Shown here: piece by piece, positions 7,647 to 17,421 of the stretch
Position numbering within the stretch: position 1 is the stretch's first letter
How the letters are laid out: the number at the start of each line of letters is the position of its first letter
Source of the DNA: Candidatus Saccharimonadales bacterium
Lineage (GTDB): Bacteria > Patescibacteriota > Saccharimonadia > Saccharimonadales > JAYRRP01
Assembly: GCA_041906765.1 (NCBI GenBank)
Contig: JAYRIP010000009.1
Span: 1 to 48,443 of the forward strand
Length of the DNA: 48,443 nucleotides
Direction: 5' to 3'
Made by a program: the position numbers and the translations under genes
Notes under the pieces: model-generated
What the model saw: only the letters and a program-made list of their open reading frames with translations
Databases searched by the model: none
What the model was told of the DNA's origin: nothing

Positions 7647-8865
7647 ACCAGACGCTCCTAAGAGACATTACAACGCAGTTAAACTACGCATTATTCTTTA
7701 TATGGCCTGGAGGAACTTAGTCTATAAAAAGCTCCGTACAATTTTGACACTTATGGGTATTGTTATTGGAATCGGCGCTATCTTTTTCCTTGTCTCGTTT
7801 GGGCTAGGCCTTCAGCAATTGGTTGCGAAGGAAGTCATTGGAGACGCTTCGATAAAAGCAGTAGATATATCGAGTCCTAACTCTAAATTGGTGAAACTTG
7901 ATGTGCCACAGGTTAATAAAATACGTACATATCCGCATGTATCAAAAGTTGGAACACAATATTCGTTTGCAAGCAGTCTGCGGTTTAAGGGAGGTGAGGT
8001 AGATAGCGTGGCTTATGGGGTAGATAAGAACTACCAGGAAATGTCGGAACTAAATTTGGTGGCGGGCCGACTACTGAAGCCTGATGACAATAAGTCGTTA
8101 GTCATCAACAAGTCTGCGTTAAAAGCGCTTAGTATCAGTGATGCAGGGAAGGCAATCGACAAACCACTGTCTGTTAACATTCCTCTTCAACTCAGCGGCG
8201 CCAAAGAGAAGGAGATTAAATCGAACTTTACGATTGTTGGCGTCATAGACTCTGGAAGCGGTAGCGAGGTATTCATTCCTGGCAGCTTATTCGAAGTTGC
8301 AGGGGTGCCAAGTTATAAACAAGTAAAAGTTATTGCCGACGATACCAGCAACATACCTGGTTTGCGTAAGCAAATTGAAAGCAGCGGGTTACAAACCACC
8401 TCGCCTATAGATACACTTGATCAGATAAATCAGATATTCCGTTTCTTTAACGTGGTATTAGTTGGATTCGGCGCAATTGGAATGATTGTTGCCGTGCTTG
8501 GCATGTTTAACACACTTACCATTTCACTGCTGGAACGCACTAAAGAAATCGGACTTATGATGACTTTGGGAGGAAGACGATCAGACATGCGCAAACTCTT
8601 TATTATCGAGGCTTGTTTACTGTCGGTGATTGGGGCGTTGCTTGGTATATGTTTCGCATTTGTTAACGGACGTGTAGTGAATATAATTATGAATAATTTT
8701 GCCCACCGAAGGGGCGTGAACGAAAGCTTCACCCTATTCTCTAATCCTATTTGGTTAATACTTGCGCTTGTTGGCTTTATGTTGGCGACAGGGTTGGCAG
8801 TGGTATACATTCCTGCGCGCCGTGCCGAAAAGATAAATCCAATTGACGCGTTGAGACGAGAATAG
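7636..8865 (+). CDS. ABC transporter permease, FtsX/MacB type
   Basis: N-terminal TM helix, large extracytoplasmic loop, then a C-terminal 3-TM FtsX-like block (RTKEIGLMMTLGGRR). The GTG start overlaps the ATPase gene. An alternative ATG lies at 7702. Confidence 0.85.
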   Translation: MEPKPDAPKRHYNAVKLRIILYMAWRNLVYKKLRTILTLMGIVIGIGAIFFLVSFGLGLQQLVAKEVIGDASIKAVDISSPNSKLVKLDVPQVNKIRTYPHVSKVGTQYSFASSLRFKGGEVDSVAYGVDKNYQEMSELNLVAGRLLKPDDNKSLVINKSALKALSISDAGKAIDKPLSVNIPLQLSGAKEKEIKSNFTIVGVIDSGSGSEVFIPGSLFEVAGVPSYKQVKVIADDTSNIPGLRKQIESSGLQTTSPIDTLDQINQIFRFFNVVLVGFGAIGMIVAVLGMFNTLTISLLERTKEIGLMMTLGGRRSDMRKLFIIEACLLSVIGALLGICFAFVNGRVVNIIMNNFAHRRGVNESFTLFSNPIWLILALVGFMLATGLAVVYIPARRAEKINPIDALRRE

Positions 8866-9356
8866 TGATTCGTTGTATTGCAGCTATTGACAGCGAGGGA
8901 GGGCTGGCAGTTGATAAGGGCATACCCTGGCATCTGCCACTTGACCAGCTCTTTTTTCGACAAATGACCCGTCACGCAAAAATTGTGATGGGTTATCGAA
9001 CTTATCAGGAATTTGATCGTCCACTACCTGAAAGACAAAATTATGTAGTCGTGAGACCGGATACTCCACAATTACGAACAGGATTTGAACCAATTGAGGA
9101 TGTACGTGCCTGGCTCCATCGGGAGAAGGGTGACGTCTGGGTAATCGGGGGCGCCGGTCTGTTTGCGGCCACCATTGACCTTGCCGAAGAACTTTATCTT
9201 ACCCATGTTGAAGGGGATTTTCACTGCACCAAATTCTTTCCACCTTATGAACGGGATTTTAAGGTTATATTTCAAAGCGCACCTCTTAAGGAAGATGATA
9301 TTACGTTTCATTTTTCTATCTACAAGCGACAATTCCTTATCAAGACTGCGAGTTGA
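8865..9356 (+). CDS. folA: dihydrofolate reductase
   Basis: IAAID..GG......IPW.LP.D..FF...T......VMGYRTYQ ... VIGGAGLF. The GTG start overlaps the upstream stop by 1 nt. Confidence 0.85.
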   Translation: MIRCIAAIDSEGGLAVDKGIPWHLPLDQLFFRQMTRHAKIVMGYRTYQEFDRPLPERQNYVVVRPDTPQLRTGFEPIEDVRAWLHREKGDVWVIGGAGLFAATIDLAEELYLTHVEGDFHCTKFFPPYERDFKVIFQSAPLKEDDITFHFSIYKRQFLIKTAS

Positions 9357-9406
9357 CAAGCTTGCGAGTTTGGTAGACTATACCAGTATAACTAAGGAGG
9401 GAGACG

Positions 9407-9811
9407 ATGAGTCCGAAGACGACCAATACAACAGGGTGGGTCGGTTGGGTTTACTTTGCCGGAATTTTGATGATTGTAAGAGCACTGTTCCAGGGGATTT
9501 TTGGCCTAGTAGCACTTACCAAGAATACATTCTATCTGGTTACTCCTCATCAGCTGGCAATTTTTAACTACACCGCCTGGGGATGGGTCCACGTACTGCT
9601 GTTTGTCGTATTGCTAACTGGTGGTTTTTCAGTATTAAGCGGACGGATGTGGGGGCGCATTGTTGGAAGCATAATGGCGGGGTTGTCACTGTTTGCGAAC
9701 TTAGTTTTCTTGCCAGCTTATCCTGTGTGGTCAGTAGCTGCCATCGTTATTGATGTTCTGATTCTTTTCGCACTGATTGTACATGGTGCCGAAGCCAGCG
9801 TTACCGACTGA
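9407..9811 (+). CDS. small 4-TM integral membrane protein
   Basis: Strong RBS (AAGGAGGGAG) 5 nt upstream. Four hydrophobic helices. Confidence 0.8.
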   Translation: MSPKTTNTTGWVGWVYFAGILMIVRALFQGIFGLVALTKNTFYLVTPHQLAIFNYTAWGWVHVLLFVVLLTGGFSVLSGRMWGRIVGSIMAGLSLFANLVFLPAYPVWSVAAIVIDVLILFALIVHGAEASVTD

Positions 9812-9869
9812 TATGGGCTATTTGCTGTGACTAGTCATTAGATAACGCATAGTCTAAAATCTATCATAG

Positions 9870-10622
9870 ATGAGTACCGATAGTGATTGGGAAAAATGGG
9901 GTAAGCAGAATCCTTACTTCGGTGTTCTGAGTGACGAAAAATTTTCGGGCAAAAAATTAGCCGCTGCTAAAAAGAAAAACTTCTATGATTCCGGTCGGGG
10001 CGACATTGTTGCTTTAACTGCATCACTGAAGAAAATATCGGGGGGGGTAATACCAAGATTTCAATCGGCGGTAGATTATGGCTGCGGTGTAGGTCGCTTA
10101 ACTATCCCATTAGCTGATATTGCTGAGCACGTAACTGGCTTGGATGTGTCGAGTTCAATGATAAAAGAGGCAAAAAAAACTTTGCCATCAGAGTATCGCA
10201 GAAGAATAACTTACAAAGTTGCCGATACAAGTTTGATAGGCTTGCCAAAAAATTATGACCTGCTTTATTCTTATATTGTATTCCAGCACATTCCAGTCCA
10301 GAAAGGTGAGCAATTGGCTTATATGCTCTTAGATAAATTGGAAGAAGGTGGTTTTGCCGCCCTTCATTTTACCTATCAAAACCACAAATCATTTCCACGG
10401 AAATTTTCGGAACAACTGCGCGGCCGGGTAGTACCGCTGCACTATCTGCTCAACGTCCTTAGGCGTCGGCCATTTAATACACCACTAATGCGCATGCATC
10501 TCTATAATTTAGACAAGTTATTTTCGCTATATCGTCAACACCGATTATGTGAAATTTATTGTTCTACTACTATGCACGGTGATTATGAAGGACTGATGCT
10601 TGTCTCCCAAAAACAGCGTTAG
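9870..10622 (+). CDS. class I SAM-dependent methyltransferase
   Basis: Motif I VDYGCGVGRLT, followed by an acidic motif II (GLDVS). Confidence 0.75.
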   Translation: MSTDSDWEKWGKQNPYFGVLSDEKFSGKKLAAAKKKNFYDSGRGDIVALTASLKKISGGVIPRFQSAVDYGCGVGRLTIPLADIAEHVTGLDVSSSMIKEAKKTLPSEYRRRITYKVADTSLIGLPKNYDLLYSYIVFQHIPVQKGEQLAYMLLDKLEEGGFAALHFTYQNHKSFPRKFSEQLRGRVVPLHYLLNVLRRRPFNTPLMRMHLYNLDKLFSLYRQHRLCEIYCSTTMHGDYEGLMLVSQKQR

Positions 10623-10641
10623 GAGGGGTATAATACTTATC

Positions 10642-11355
10642 ATGAGTAGGGAGTATGACTATAGTGACTTGAGAGCAGTTTATATAAACTGTACGCTTAA
10701 AAAATCTCCTGAAGTGTCAAATACTGAAGGATTGCTTTCTGCCAGCCGCAAGATTATGGAAAAACACGGTGTGCAGACTACGCTCATCAGAGCAGTTGAC
10801 CATGATATTGCGACGGGTGTATATCCGGATATGCGCGAACACGGATGGAAAACTGATGAATGGCCTGAGATTTACAAGACGGTTCGCGAAGCCAATATAT
10901 TAGTGCTTTGTGGCCCTATCTGGTTGGGGGACAACAGCTCGGTTACGAAGAGAGTAATTGAGCGACTTTATGCGAATTCTGGCGAATTGAACGACAAAGG
11001 CCAGTATGCATATTACGGTAAAGTTGGCGGTTGTATTATCACAGGTAACGAGGACGGGGTAAAACATTGTGCTATGGACATCCTCTATAGCTTGCAGCAT
11101 ATTGGATACACCATTCCTCCTCAAGCTGATGCAGGCTGGATTGGTGAAGCCGGCCCAGGTCCGAGTTATCTCGATAAAGGCTCAGGTGGCCCAGAAAATG
11201 ACTTCACTAATCGAAATGTGACCTTTATGACCTGGAATCTTATGCACTTTGCTCGCCTTCTGAAAGATGCCGGTGGTGTGCCAACTTATGGCAACCAACG
11301 CAGTGAGTGGGATGCCGGCACTCGGTTTGATTTCGAAAACCCAGAGTACCGTTAG
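10642..11355 (+). CDS. flavodoxin-like NAD(P)H-dependent FMN reductase family protein
   Basis: RBS AGGAGG at 10621-10626. Typical pattern YINCTLKKSP....T ... ILVLCGPIWLG. The start was moved from the ORF-track 10600 to the ATG at 10642. Confidence 0.7.
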   Translation: MSREYDYSDLRAVYINCTLKKSPEVSNTEGLLSASRKIMEKHGVQTTLIRAVDHDIATGVYPDMREHGWKTDEWPEIYKTVREANILVLCGPIWLGDNSSVTKRVIERLYANSGELNDKGQYAYYGKVGGCIITGNEDGVKHCAMDILYSLQHIGYTIPPQADAGWIGEAGPGPSYLDKGSGGPENDFTNRNVTFMTWNLMHFARLLKDAGGVPTYGNQRSEWDAGTRFDFENPEYR

Positions 11356-11452
11356 AACACACACTAACGCCGCAGCAATAGGATTTGCTTACTCTTAGCT
11401 GTGGTTGCGTGCCCTGTATGTTTCCGCATACAATATAGTTAACACAAGCATT

Positions 11453-12769
11453 ATGGTATATAGATTTATTGCTCGTCTTGGTTGGATAGCGGTATTGCTG
11501 CTCTGTGTGATTCCGATAGCTTTGTGGACATTTCAGCAACCTTTAAGTGAACGTTTTGCTACCACCTATATTGCTCTTGGCAGTATAGGTAAACTCGCCG
11601 GTATTCTTGCCATAGTTTTGTTTTGTATAAATGTGATTCTCACCACGAGACTCAAACCTATTGAGCTGCTATTCGGTGGGCTTAATAAAATGTATATTGC
11701 TCATCATCTCACCGGCGGCATTGCTCTTTGTATTATCTTAATCCATCCTTTGGCTTTCTCTTTTCAAAAAGTCACCTATTCTTTGCACACTGCGGCAACT
11801 TTTTTACTGCCAAATATACAGGACATCCCAACTGCACTGGGTATTCTTGGTCTGTGGCTATTCATTGCGCTGATGGTGATAACATTTTTCTTCTCCTTGC
11901 CATATAAAGTTTGGCTTTTGACACATAAATTCCTGGGAGTGGTTTTGTTGCTCATAGGCTTGCACGTAATTTTAATTTCCAGCGATACCACCAATAACCC
12001 GTTGCTCAAGGGTTTTCTGCTAGTTCTACTGGGCGCTGCAGGTATTTCATTTATCTACCGGACACTACTGCCAAGGATTTTAGTGAGACGCTATAAATAT
12101 GTGATAACAAAAGTTACTCAACCAGCATCTGCAGTCGTGCGCATATACATGGAGCCAAGAAACAAACAAACGTCTTTTAAATCAGGACAGTTTATTTTTG
12201 TTAGTTTCTTAGGCGAAGGATTCTCTCATGAATGGCACCCATTCAGTATCTCGTCAAATTCTACTGATAGTCAGATTAGCATCACAGTAAAGTCACTTGG
12301 CAAATATACTGACACGCTCGTTAAGCTTGCTCCTGGGATGATAGGCATGGAGGTAGGTGTAGAAGGGGCATACGGTCGATTTTCGTTCCGTAACTTTAAG
12401 GCAAAACGACAAATTTGGGTTGCCGGGGGGATTGGTATTACGCCTTTTCTTGGCATGATAAAAGACATAAGCCAAGATTATAAAGTAGACTTGTACTATA
12501 GCGTAAAAACTGATGCTGAGATGATTGATGGCCAGGAGATACAACAACTAGCGGCAGTTAACAGCAATAGTTTTCGATTTATTCCTTTTGTCACTGACAA
12601 ATCTGGATTTCTGACAGCAAAAACAATCCAACAATCTTCCAGCGATCTTAAAGAGGCGGAAATACTCTTATGTGGCCCACCACCGATGATGCATGCATTG
12701 AGGGATCAGTTTAAGGAAATTGGTGTCAAGAATTGGGCTGTTCACTCAGAGGAGTTTGCAATGTCATGA
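11453..12769 (+). CDS. NOX/FRE-type ferric reductase: 6-TM di-heme domain fused to an FAD/NAD(P)H-binding domain
   Basis: Two His pairs spaced 13 residues apart (HLTGGIALCIILIH and HKFLGVVLLLIGLH). FAD motif HPFSIS, NAD(P)H motif GGIGITPF, C-terminal LLCGPPPM. Confidence 0.85.
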   Translation: MVYRFIARLGWIAVLLLCVIPIALWTFQQPLSERFATTYIALGSIGKLAGILAIVLFCINVILTTRLKPIELLFGGLNKMYIAHHLTGGIALCIILIHPLAFSFQKVTYSLHTAATFLLPNIQDIPTALGILGLWLFIALMVITFFFSLPYKVWLLTHKFLGVVLLLIGLHVILISSDTTNNPLLKGFLLVLLGAAGISFIYRTLLPRILVRRYKYVITKVTQPASAVVRIYMEPRNKQTSFKSGQFIFVSFLGEGFSHEWHPFSISSNSTDSQISITVKSLGKYTDTLVKLAPGMIGMEVGVEGAYGRFSFRNFKAKRQIWVAGGIGITPFLGMIKDISQDYKVDLYYSVKTDAEMIDGQEIQQLAAVNSNSFRFIPFVTDKSGFLTAKTIQQSSSDLKEAEILLCGPPPMMHALRDQFKEIGVKNWAVHSEEFAMS

Positions 12770-13407
12770 AACTAAAACGACTCATTGCAATCTGCTTGTC
12801 TGCTTTCATATTTTCCACTGCTACAATTTTGGTGATGGGATTGTGGGTTGTGCCTCAAGACAGCAAACAGAAAGTGGCAGAAGGATCTCAGTCTTCCCCG
12901 ACAACTAATCAACAGTCTACTTCTAATAATTCAGGTGAGAATCCTGCGACGCCAGTATCACCAAACACAACGCAGCCTCCTACTCCCAGTACTCCTTCAA
13001 CAGGCTCGAGCACTACTCCACCCAAGAATAACTCGACTTCGACAAATAAATCATCAACGCCTTCTTCGGGGGGTGGTGGCACTAGCGGTAGTGGGGGAGG
13101 TACGTCAACCCCGCCACCACCTTCACAACCAGCCTGCGGTAGCTCCGGGGGCCCATGCTCTGCCGCTCAGGTTGCCAGCCACAATAGCCAAGGTAACTGT
13201 TGGGTAATATACAGCGGCAACTATTATATAGTCACGAGCTATGTAAATCAGCATCCTGGAGGGACTTCAGTATTTAATTCTTCGACATGCGGCCATGATA
13301 TTACAGGGTATCTTAACGGCAGCCAATCTACTGTCGGCCAACGTAAAAATCATCCAGGCTCCGCTTACAGCATTCTCAACAGTTACAAAGTAGGACCGGT
13401 ACAATGA
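12766..13407 (+). CDS. membrane-anchored cytochrome b5-like heme-binding domain protein with a P/S/T-rich linker
   Basis: ATGA overlap with the upstream gene. N-terminal TM helix. C-terminal domain has CWVIYSGNYYIVTSYVNQHPGG (the HPGG heme-ligand motif). Confidence 0.75.
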   Translation: MKLKRLIAICLSAFIFSTATILVMGLWVVPQDSKQKVAEGSQSSPTTNQQSTSNNSGENPATPVSPNTTQPPTPSTPSTGSSTTPPKNNSTSTNKSSTPSSGGGGTSGSGGGTSTPPPPSQPACGSSGGPCSAAQVASHNSQGNCWVIYSGNYYIVTSYVNQHPGGTSVFNSSTCGHDITGYLNGSQSTVGQRKNHPGSAYSILNSYKVGPVQ

Positions 13408-13979
13408 GGCGAACTAAATCTGATACGAAACAACGTAAGACCAAAGCAAAAAGGCATGGTGGTGCATGGTTAGGCAGACACTTGCATACAAAAGTACCGA
13501 AATATACTGTCGTTTTGCTGCTAATCAGCTACACTGTACTCGGGGTATTGGCCGGCACGATGATTTTGCATGAATTACGTGAAGGTAACGAAGCAGAACC
13601 ATCGCGCGTAGTTTCTCATAATTCGAGTGAGATTACCTCGCTGCGAGTGACGTCAGTGCGCACGGGCGAAAAGAGCCAAACTCCTTTTGAGGCTCCACAA
13701 GGCGAGTCATTTGTTGTAGTAGATGTTACGCTCTATAACAATAGTAGCCAACCTTTCTATTTTGCACCGGTTCTTCAAACATATATTTCTGACGCAAGTG
13801 GTGCGCAATATAAGATGTCCCCGGCTGTTCTGGACAAACCAATAGAAGCGGGTTCTGTAGAAGCAAAACAGAGTATTAACGGAATGCTTAGCTATCTAGT
13901 ACCGGATGACGCCACGGGGCTTGTATTGCACTTTCAACCCGACCAACCCAATGCTAAACTGCTTGATATACCTCTCTAA
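13404..13979 (+). CDS. membrane-anchored DUF4352-like immunoglobulin-fold protein
   Basis: ATGA overlap with the upstream gene. TM helix, then GESFVVVDVTLYNNSSQPFYF ... NGMLSYLVP. Confidence 0.6.
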   Translation: MRRTKSDTKQRKTKAKRHGGAWLGRHLHTKVPKYTVVLLLISYTVLGVLAGTMILHELREGNEAEPSRVVSHNSSEITSLRVTSVRTGEKSQTPFEAPQGESFVVVDVTLYNNSSQPFYFAPVLQTYISDASGAQYKMSPAVLDKPIEAGSVEAKQSINGMLSYLVPDDATGLVLHFQPDQPNAKLLDIPL

Positions 13980-14034
13980 GGACGACCGTTAGCATAGGCT
14001 AGGTTAATCCTCAGCACCATAGGAACTGCGCCTC

Positions 14035-14613
14035 TTAATAGTCTATATGCTGACTATCTTTGTAGGAATCGTATGACTTTTTATATTCAATGTGGAGTTT
14101 TAAAGAGTAGCTCCCAATCAAAAGCATTAAAATTAACATGGACGAAGATACTATCAAACCTAAAAGACCTAGAGCACTACGGGTGTCTTCACTCCTTTGG
14201 TTTATGTAGCCAAACACCATGCCTGACGCTGACAATGAAATGCTTACTAATAGTATAACTATTATCCATGCCCCACTAAGTGTCGGCCCTATAGTTAAGA
14301 GTCTACTAAAGAAAATGATTACAATGGTAAATAGTAATGTACCGACTCCGCCGATTATACTGAACAACGCGCTCTTGCCACTTATACCTGGACCGAACAA
14401 ACCCCTTCTTTCATTAAATAGGTCACTGGAGCTCTTGGTCAAATATGGAGTTGGTTGAGCAACTGGCGTGCTGGACTCTGCTGCAGGATATACCATTGCC
14501 GTAGTTTGAGGTTGGATGCTTGCGGGTGTAATGGTATTAGTTGCGGGAACATTAGCAGGCAACGGTGCCGGCGGCGCAGGATTTGGCTGTGGTTGTGTTT
14601 GTTTTGGCGGCAT
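14035..14613 (-). CDS. Pro-rich N-terminus plus 4-TM membrane protein, hypothetical
   Basis: ORF with a Pro/Thr-rich head and four hydrophobic helices. Confidence 0.6.
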   Translation of the reverse strand: MPPKQTQPQPNPAPPAPLPANVPATNTITPASIQPQTTAMVYPAAESSTPVAQPTPYLTKSSSDLFNERRGLFGPGISGKSALFSIIGGVGTLLFTIVIIFFSRLLTIGPTLSGAWIIVILLVSISLSASGMVFGYINQRSEDTRSALGLLGLIVSSSMLILMLLIGSYSLKLHIEYKKSYDSYKDSQHIDY

Positions 14614-14688
14614 TTTGCTTATCCTTTTATATAGGATACTACAGACTACAGAACTAGAAAATACTCCTTTGTCTGCTTTGCATTAGCA

Positions 14689-15693
14689 TCACGCATTGTT
14701 AGGATTGCCGTTAATAAACTGTCGAGGATTTACGGGTTGGCCGTTTATTCGTATCTCAAAGTGTAAATGCGGACCGGTTGATGCGCCTGTCGAGCCTTCG
14801 TAGCCAAGGATAGTATTATTGTCGACTTGTTGCCCGACACTTACTGCTATTGAATACATATGCCCATATACAGAAGTTAAACCTCCGCCATGATCTATTA
14901 TCAAGTGGTTCCCGAGCCCTTGGGTTGAGCGGACAATACCAATTACGGTGCCTGATTTAAAAGGATGAATTGCAGTGATACCCGCGCGTTGCCCACTACT
15001 GATGTCTAAACCCGTATGCGTGACTTGATAGGGGCGGTGAGGTACACCAAATTGTGTAGTCACTTGACCGTGAATAGGCCATGCAGTGTTTTGGCTGGTT
15101 TGTGGCGCTATGGATTGGGTGGGACTTTTCGGCGCAGGAGTTGGATGTGCTGAATAGAGTGCTGATAACTGTGAATCTATTACTGGGACTTTTGTGTTTT
15201 CGGAGGGCCGGATAATTGAACGCAAACTCGGTACCTTGCCGATGGAGCTAATCAGCTTTCCGGGTACACGAACAATAAATAGGACAGAATTACCAACAAA
15301 TCGAACTGTAAAGGTAGCAGATTTAAGCACGCCGTTTGCTGCAAACTTTACGCCGCTGGCCCCCGTCTTAATAAGAGCACTACTGCCTTTTGCAAGGTTA
15401 TCTGCAGTTACGTTTACACCGCTTGCCATTGATTTTTCCGCTGCCGCTGCAGAACGGGCAAGACCGTTAAACATTGTACCCATGCCATCGGCAATGACAT
15501 TGGGGTTGCCAGAATCTTCGCTTGTGAAGCTGGTATTTACATCGGCGGCTTCAACATGCAGGGAGCCACTTTGCGAGCTAAACAAAGCAAATATGAGCGG
15601 CAGAATAATAAGGGCGGCAAAGATTAGTAATCCGCCAATGAATAATCTTAATTTGAATGAATTATTTACTAGCTCCACCGCAGAGCTCCTCAT
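14689..15693 (-). CDS. M23 family peptidoglycan metalloendopeptidase
   Basis: HTGLDI ... GNHLIIDHG ... GSTGASTGPHLHFEI. N-terminal TM anchor. Confidence 0.92.
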   Translation of the reverse strand: MRSSAVELVNNSFKLRLFIGGLLIFAALIILPLIFALFSSQSGSLHVEAADVNTSFTSEDSGNPNVIADGMGTMFNGLARSAAAAEKSMASGVNVTADNLAKGSSALIKTGASGVKFAANGVLKSATFTVRFVGNSVLFIVRVPGKLISSIGKVPSLRSIIRPSENTKVPVIDSQLSALYSAHPTPAPKSPTQSIAPQTSQNTAWPIHGQVTTQFGVPHRPYQVTHTGLDISSGQRAGITAIHPFKSGTVIGIVRSTQGLGNHLIIDHGGGLTSVYGHMYSIAVSVGQQVDNNTILGYEGSTGASTGPHLHFEIRINGQPVNPRQFINGNPNNA

Positions 15694-15794
15694 CTTCCCA
15701 CTAATCCCTTAAAGCTACAATACTATACCATATTTACAAGATAGTATATGTGTAAAGACTTGACATAAATGTTTAGTAGATTAGTATCAGTCCG

Positions 15795-17060
15795 CTAAAC
15801 ATTAATTGCCAGTAGTGGTCTGATGTGGTTTAAAAGATAGAACGATCCCGTAATCACGAGCAACTGGTTGGAGCTTCCCATTAGCTTGTAAAAGGCTTTT
15901 TTTGGATCAGACTCAATCTCAATAGATGTGAAACCAAGTTCCTTACAATAATTAGATAGAGCATTCGGATCAATCGCATGTCGCGGTTCATCTTGACTTA
16001 AGTGAAATTTGGTTAGGATTATATTGCTAGATAATTTCCGTAATTCTAATAAGCTTTGTTGGATAAATGGAGCTCTTGTGTGATCAAAACTAACAAGTAG
16101 TACAATAGACTTTTGCGGCAAAATCCGCTGCACTCCTTCTACGAAAGCATGTAGTTTTTGCTGGTTATGTGAGCCATCAAGGACAATAGTTTTTTGTTTC
16201 CAACTCACCACTTCCATACGGCCTGGTATGTACGTTTGACTTGTAGCTCGCACTTGTAGCCGAGTCAAACTTTTTAACTTGTCGCGTTGAGCTAGGTAGT
16301 CAAAAACTGTGTGTGCCAAATGGAAGTTGCGTAGCTGGAACGGTGGCAAGTTATCTAGTTTGGTCGATTCTTGATGAGCAACGATAATTAATCTCCCTTC
16401 TTTTTGTGTGGTCCGGCGCCGGATGACTTTCATAATCTCTTGAGGTTGCGTATTGGTAAACACCGTATTGTGCTTGTGAATAATGCCTGCTTTTTGGGCT
16501 GTAATCTCCTGGGGTGTTGTGCCCAAAATATTGGTATGGTCCAAACCGATATCTGTAATAACGCAGATCTTGTCTTCTCGCTCAATTACATTTGTGCCAT
16601 CAAGCAGGCCGCCCAATCCAACTTCCATTACTGCATACTCAACGGCTTGTTTTTCAAATACCCAAAATGCAAATGCTATTAAGACTTCAAAGTAAGTAGG
16701 GGATAGGCCGCTCTTTTGTATCAAGGCCAGGAATTTTTCGAGCTGGTGACAAAATTCACCTTCCACAAGCGGCTGCATATTAATTTGTACACGCTCATTA
16801 ATTTCATCGATGTGCGGTGAAATTGATAAACCTACTTTAGCTCCTGACTGAGTGAGGAGCGCAGCTATATAATAACTGGTCGAGGTCTTTCCCGATGTGC
16901 CGGCTACATGGACAATCTTTAATTTATTTTGTGGGTCGCCGAGATAAGTCATTAGACTTTTCATGCGATGTAACGAGTATTGAGGTTCTCGTCCTGCGTC
17001 AGGAGGTATAAAGCCATGCAGGGCTCGATTAGCGTCAACGAAATTAGAAATTAGACTCAT
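15795..17060 (-). CDS. folC: folylpolyglutamate synthase/dihydrofolate synthase (Mur ligase family)
   Basis: P-loop VAGTSGKTSTS, about 420 aa, C-terminal ITGSFYL. The start was trimmed to the ATG at 17060. Confidence 0.8.
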   Translation of the reverse strand: MSLISNFVDANRALHGFIPPDAGREPQYSLHRMKSLMTYLGDPQNKLKIVHVAGTSGKTSTSYYIAALLTQSGAKVGLSISPHIDEINERVQINMQPLVEGEFCHQLEKFLALIQKSGLSPTYFEVLIAFAFWVFEKQAVEYAVMEVGLGGLLDGTNVIEREDKICVITDIGLDHTNILGTTPQEITAQKAGIIHKHNTVFTNTQPQEIMKVIRRRTTQKEGRLIIVAHQESTKLDNLPPFQLRNFHLAHTVFDYLAQRDKLKSLTRLQVRATSQTYIPGRMEVVSWKQKTIVLDGSHNQQKLHAFVEGVQRILPQKSIVLLVSFDHTRAPFIQQSLLELRKLSSNIILTKFHLSQDEPRHAIDPNALSNYCKELGFTSIEIESDPKKAFYKLMGSSNQLLVITGSFYLLNHIRPLLAINV

Positions 17061-17421
17061 AATATATAGTCTACTACCTGGCAAATAATTTTGTATGGAA
17101 GACTAATGCAGGGGGATATTAGCTGCTGGTTTTAGAAGCAAACCACTAAACGAGTAGAAAAGTGGCACTTATTCATTGTCCGGAGGCTGTTATTTGTCAC
17201 GATATATCGCCTTCAACCTTGCAACTAGTTACCAGCTGCGATTTGTAAGAGCTAAAGCTTCAAATTTTGTTTTGCGGCGGAATAATGACATTTGTTTTTG
17301 GCTTATTTATGGGGTAAGCATAACAACCTCAAATTCGTTTTGCAACATTCCGCAGTTTTTAAGCGTTATTTGAATGAACGAAGGGAAGTTTCATTTGGAG
17401 ACTTGGCCTTTGTGAGTGAGT

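Noticed and set aside
17085-17421. Possible SRP or other housekeeping RNA in the 330-nt gene-free stretch upstream of folC
   Set aside because: GTCCGGAGG is the only SRP-like string. I could not draw a domain IV motif or a long helix. The stretch is left unannotated.
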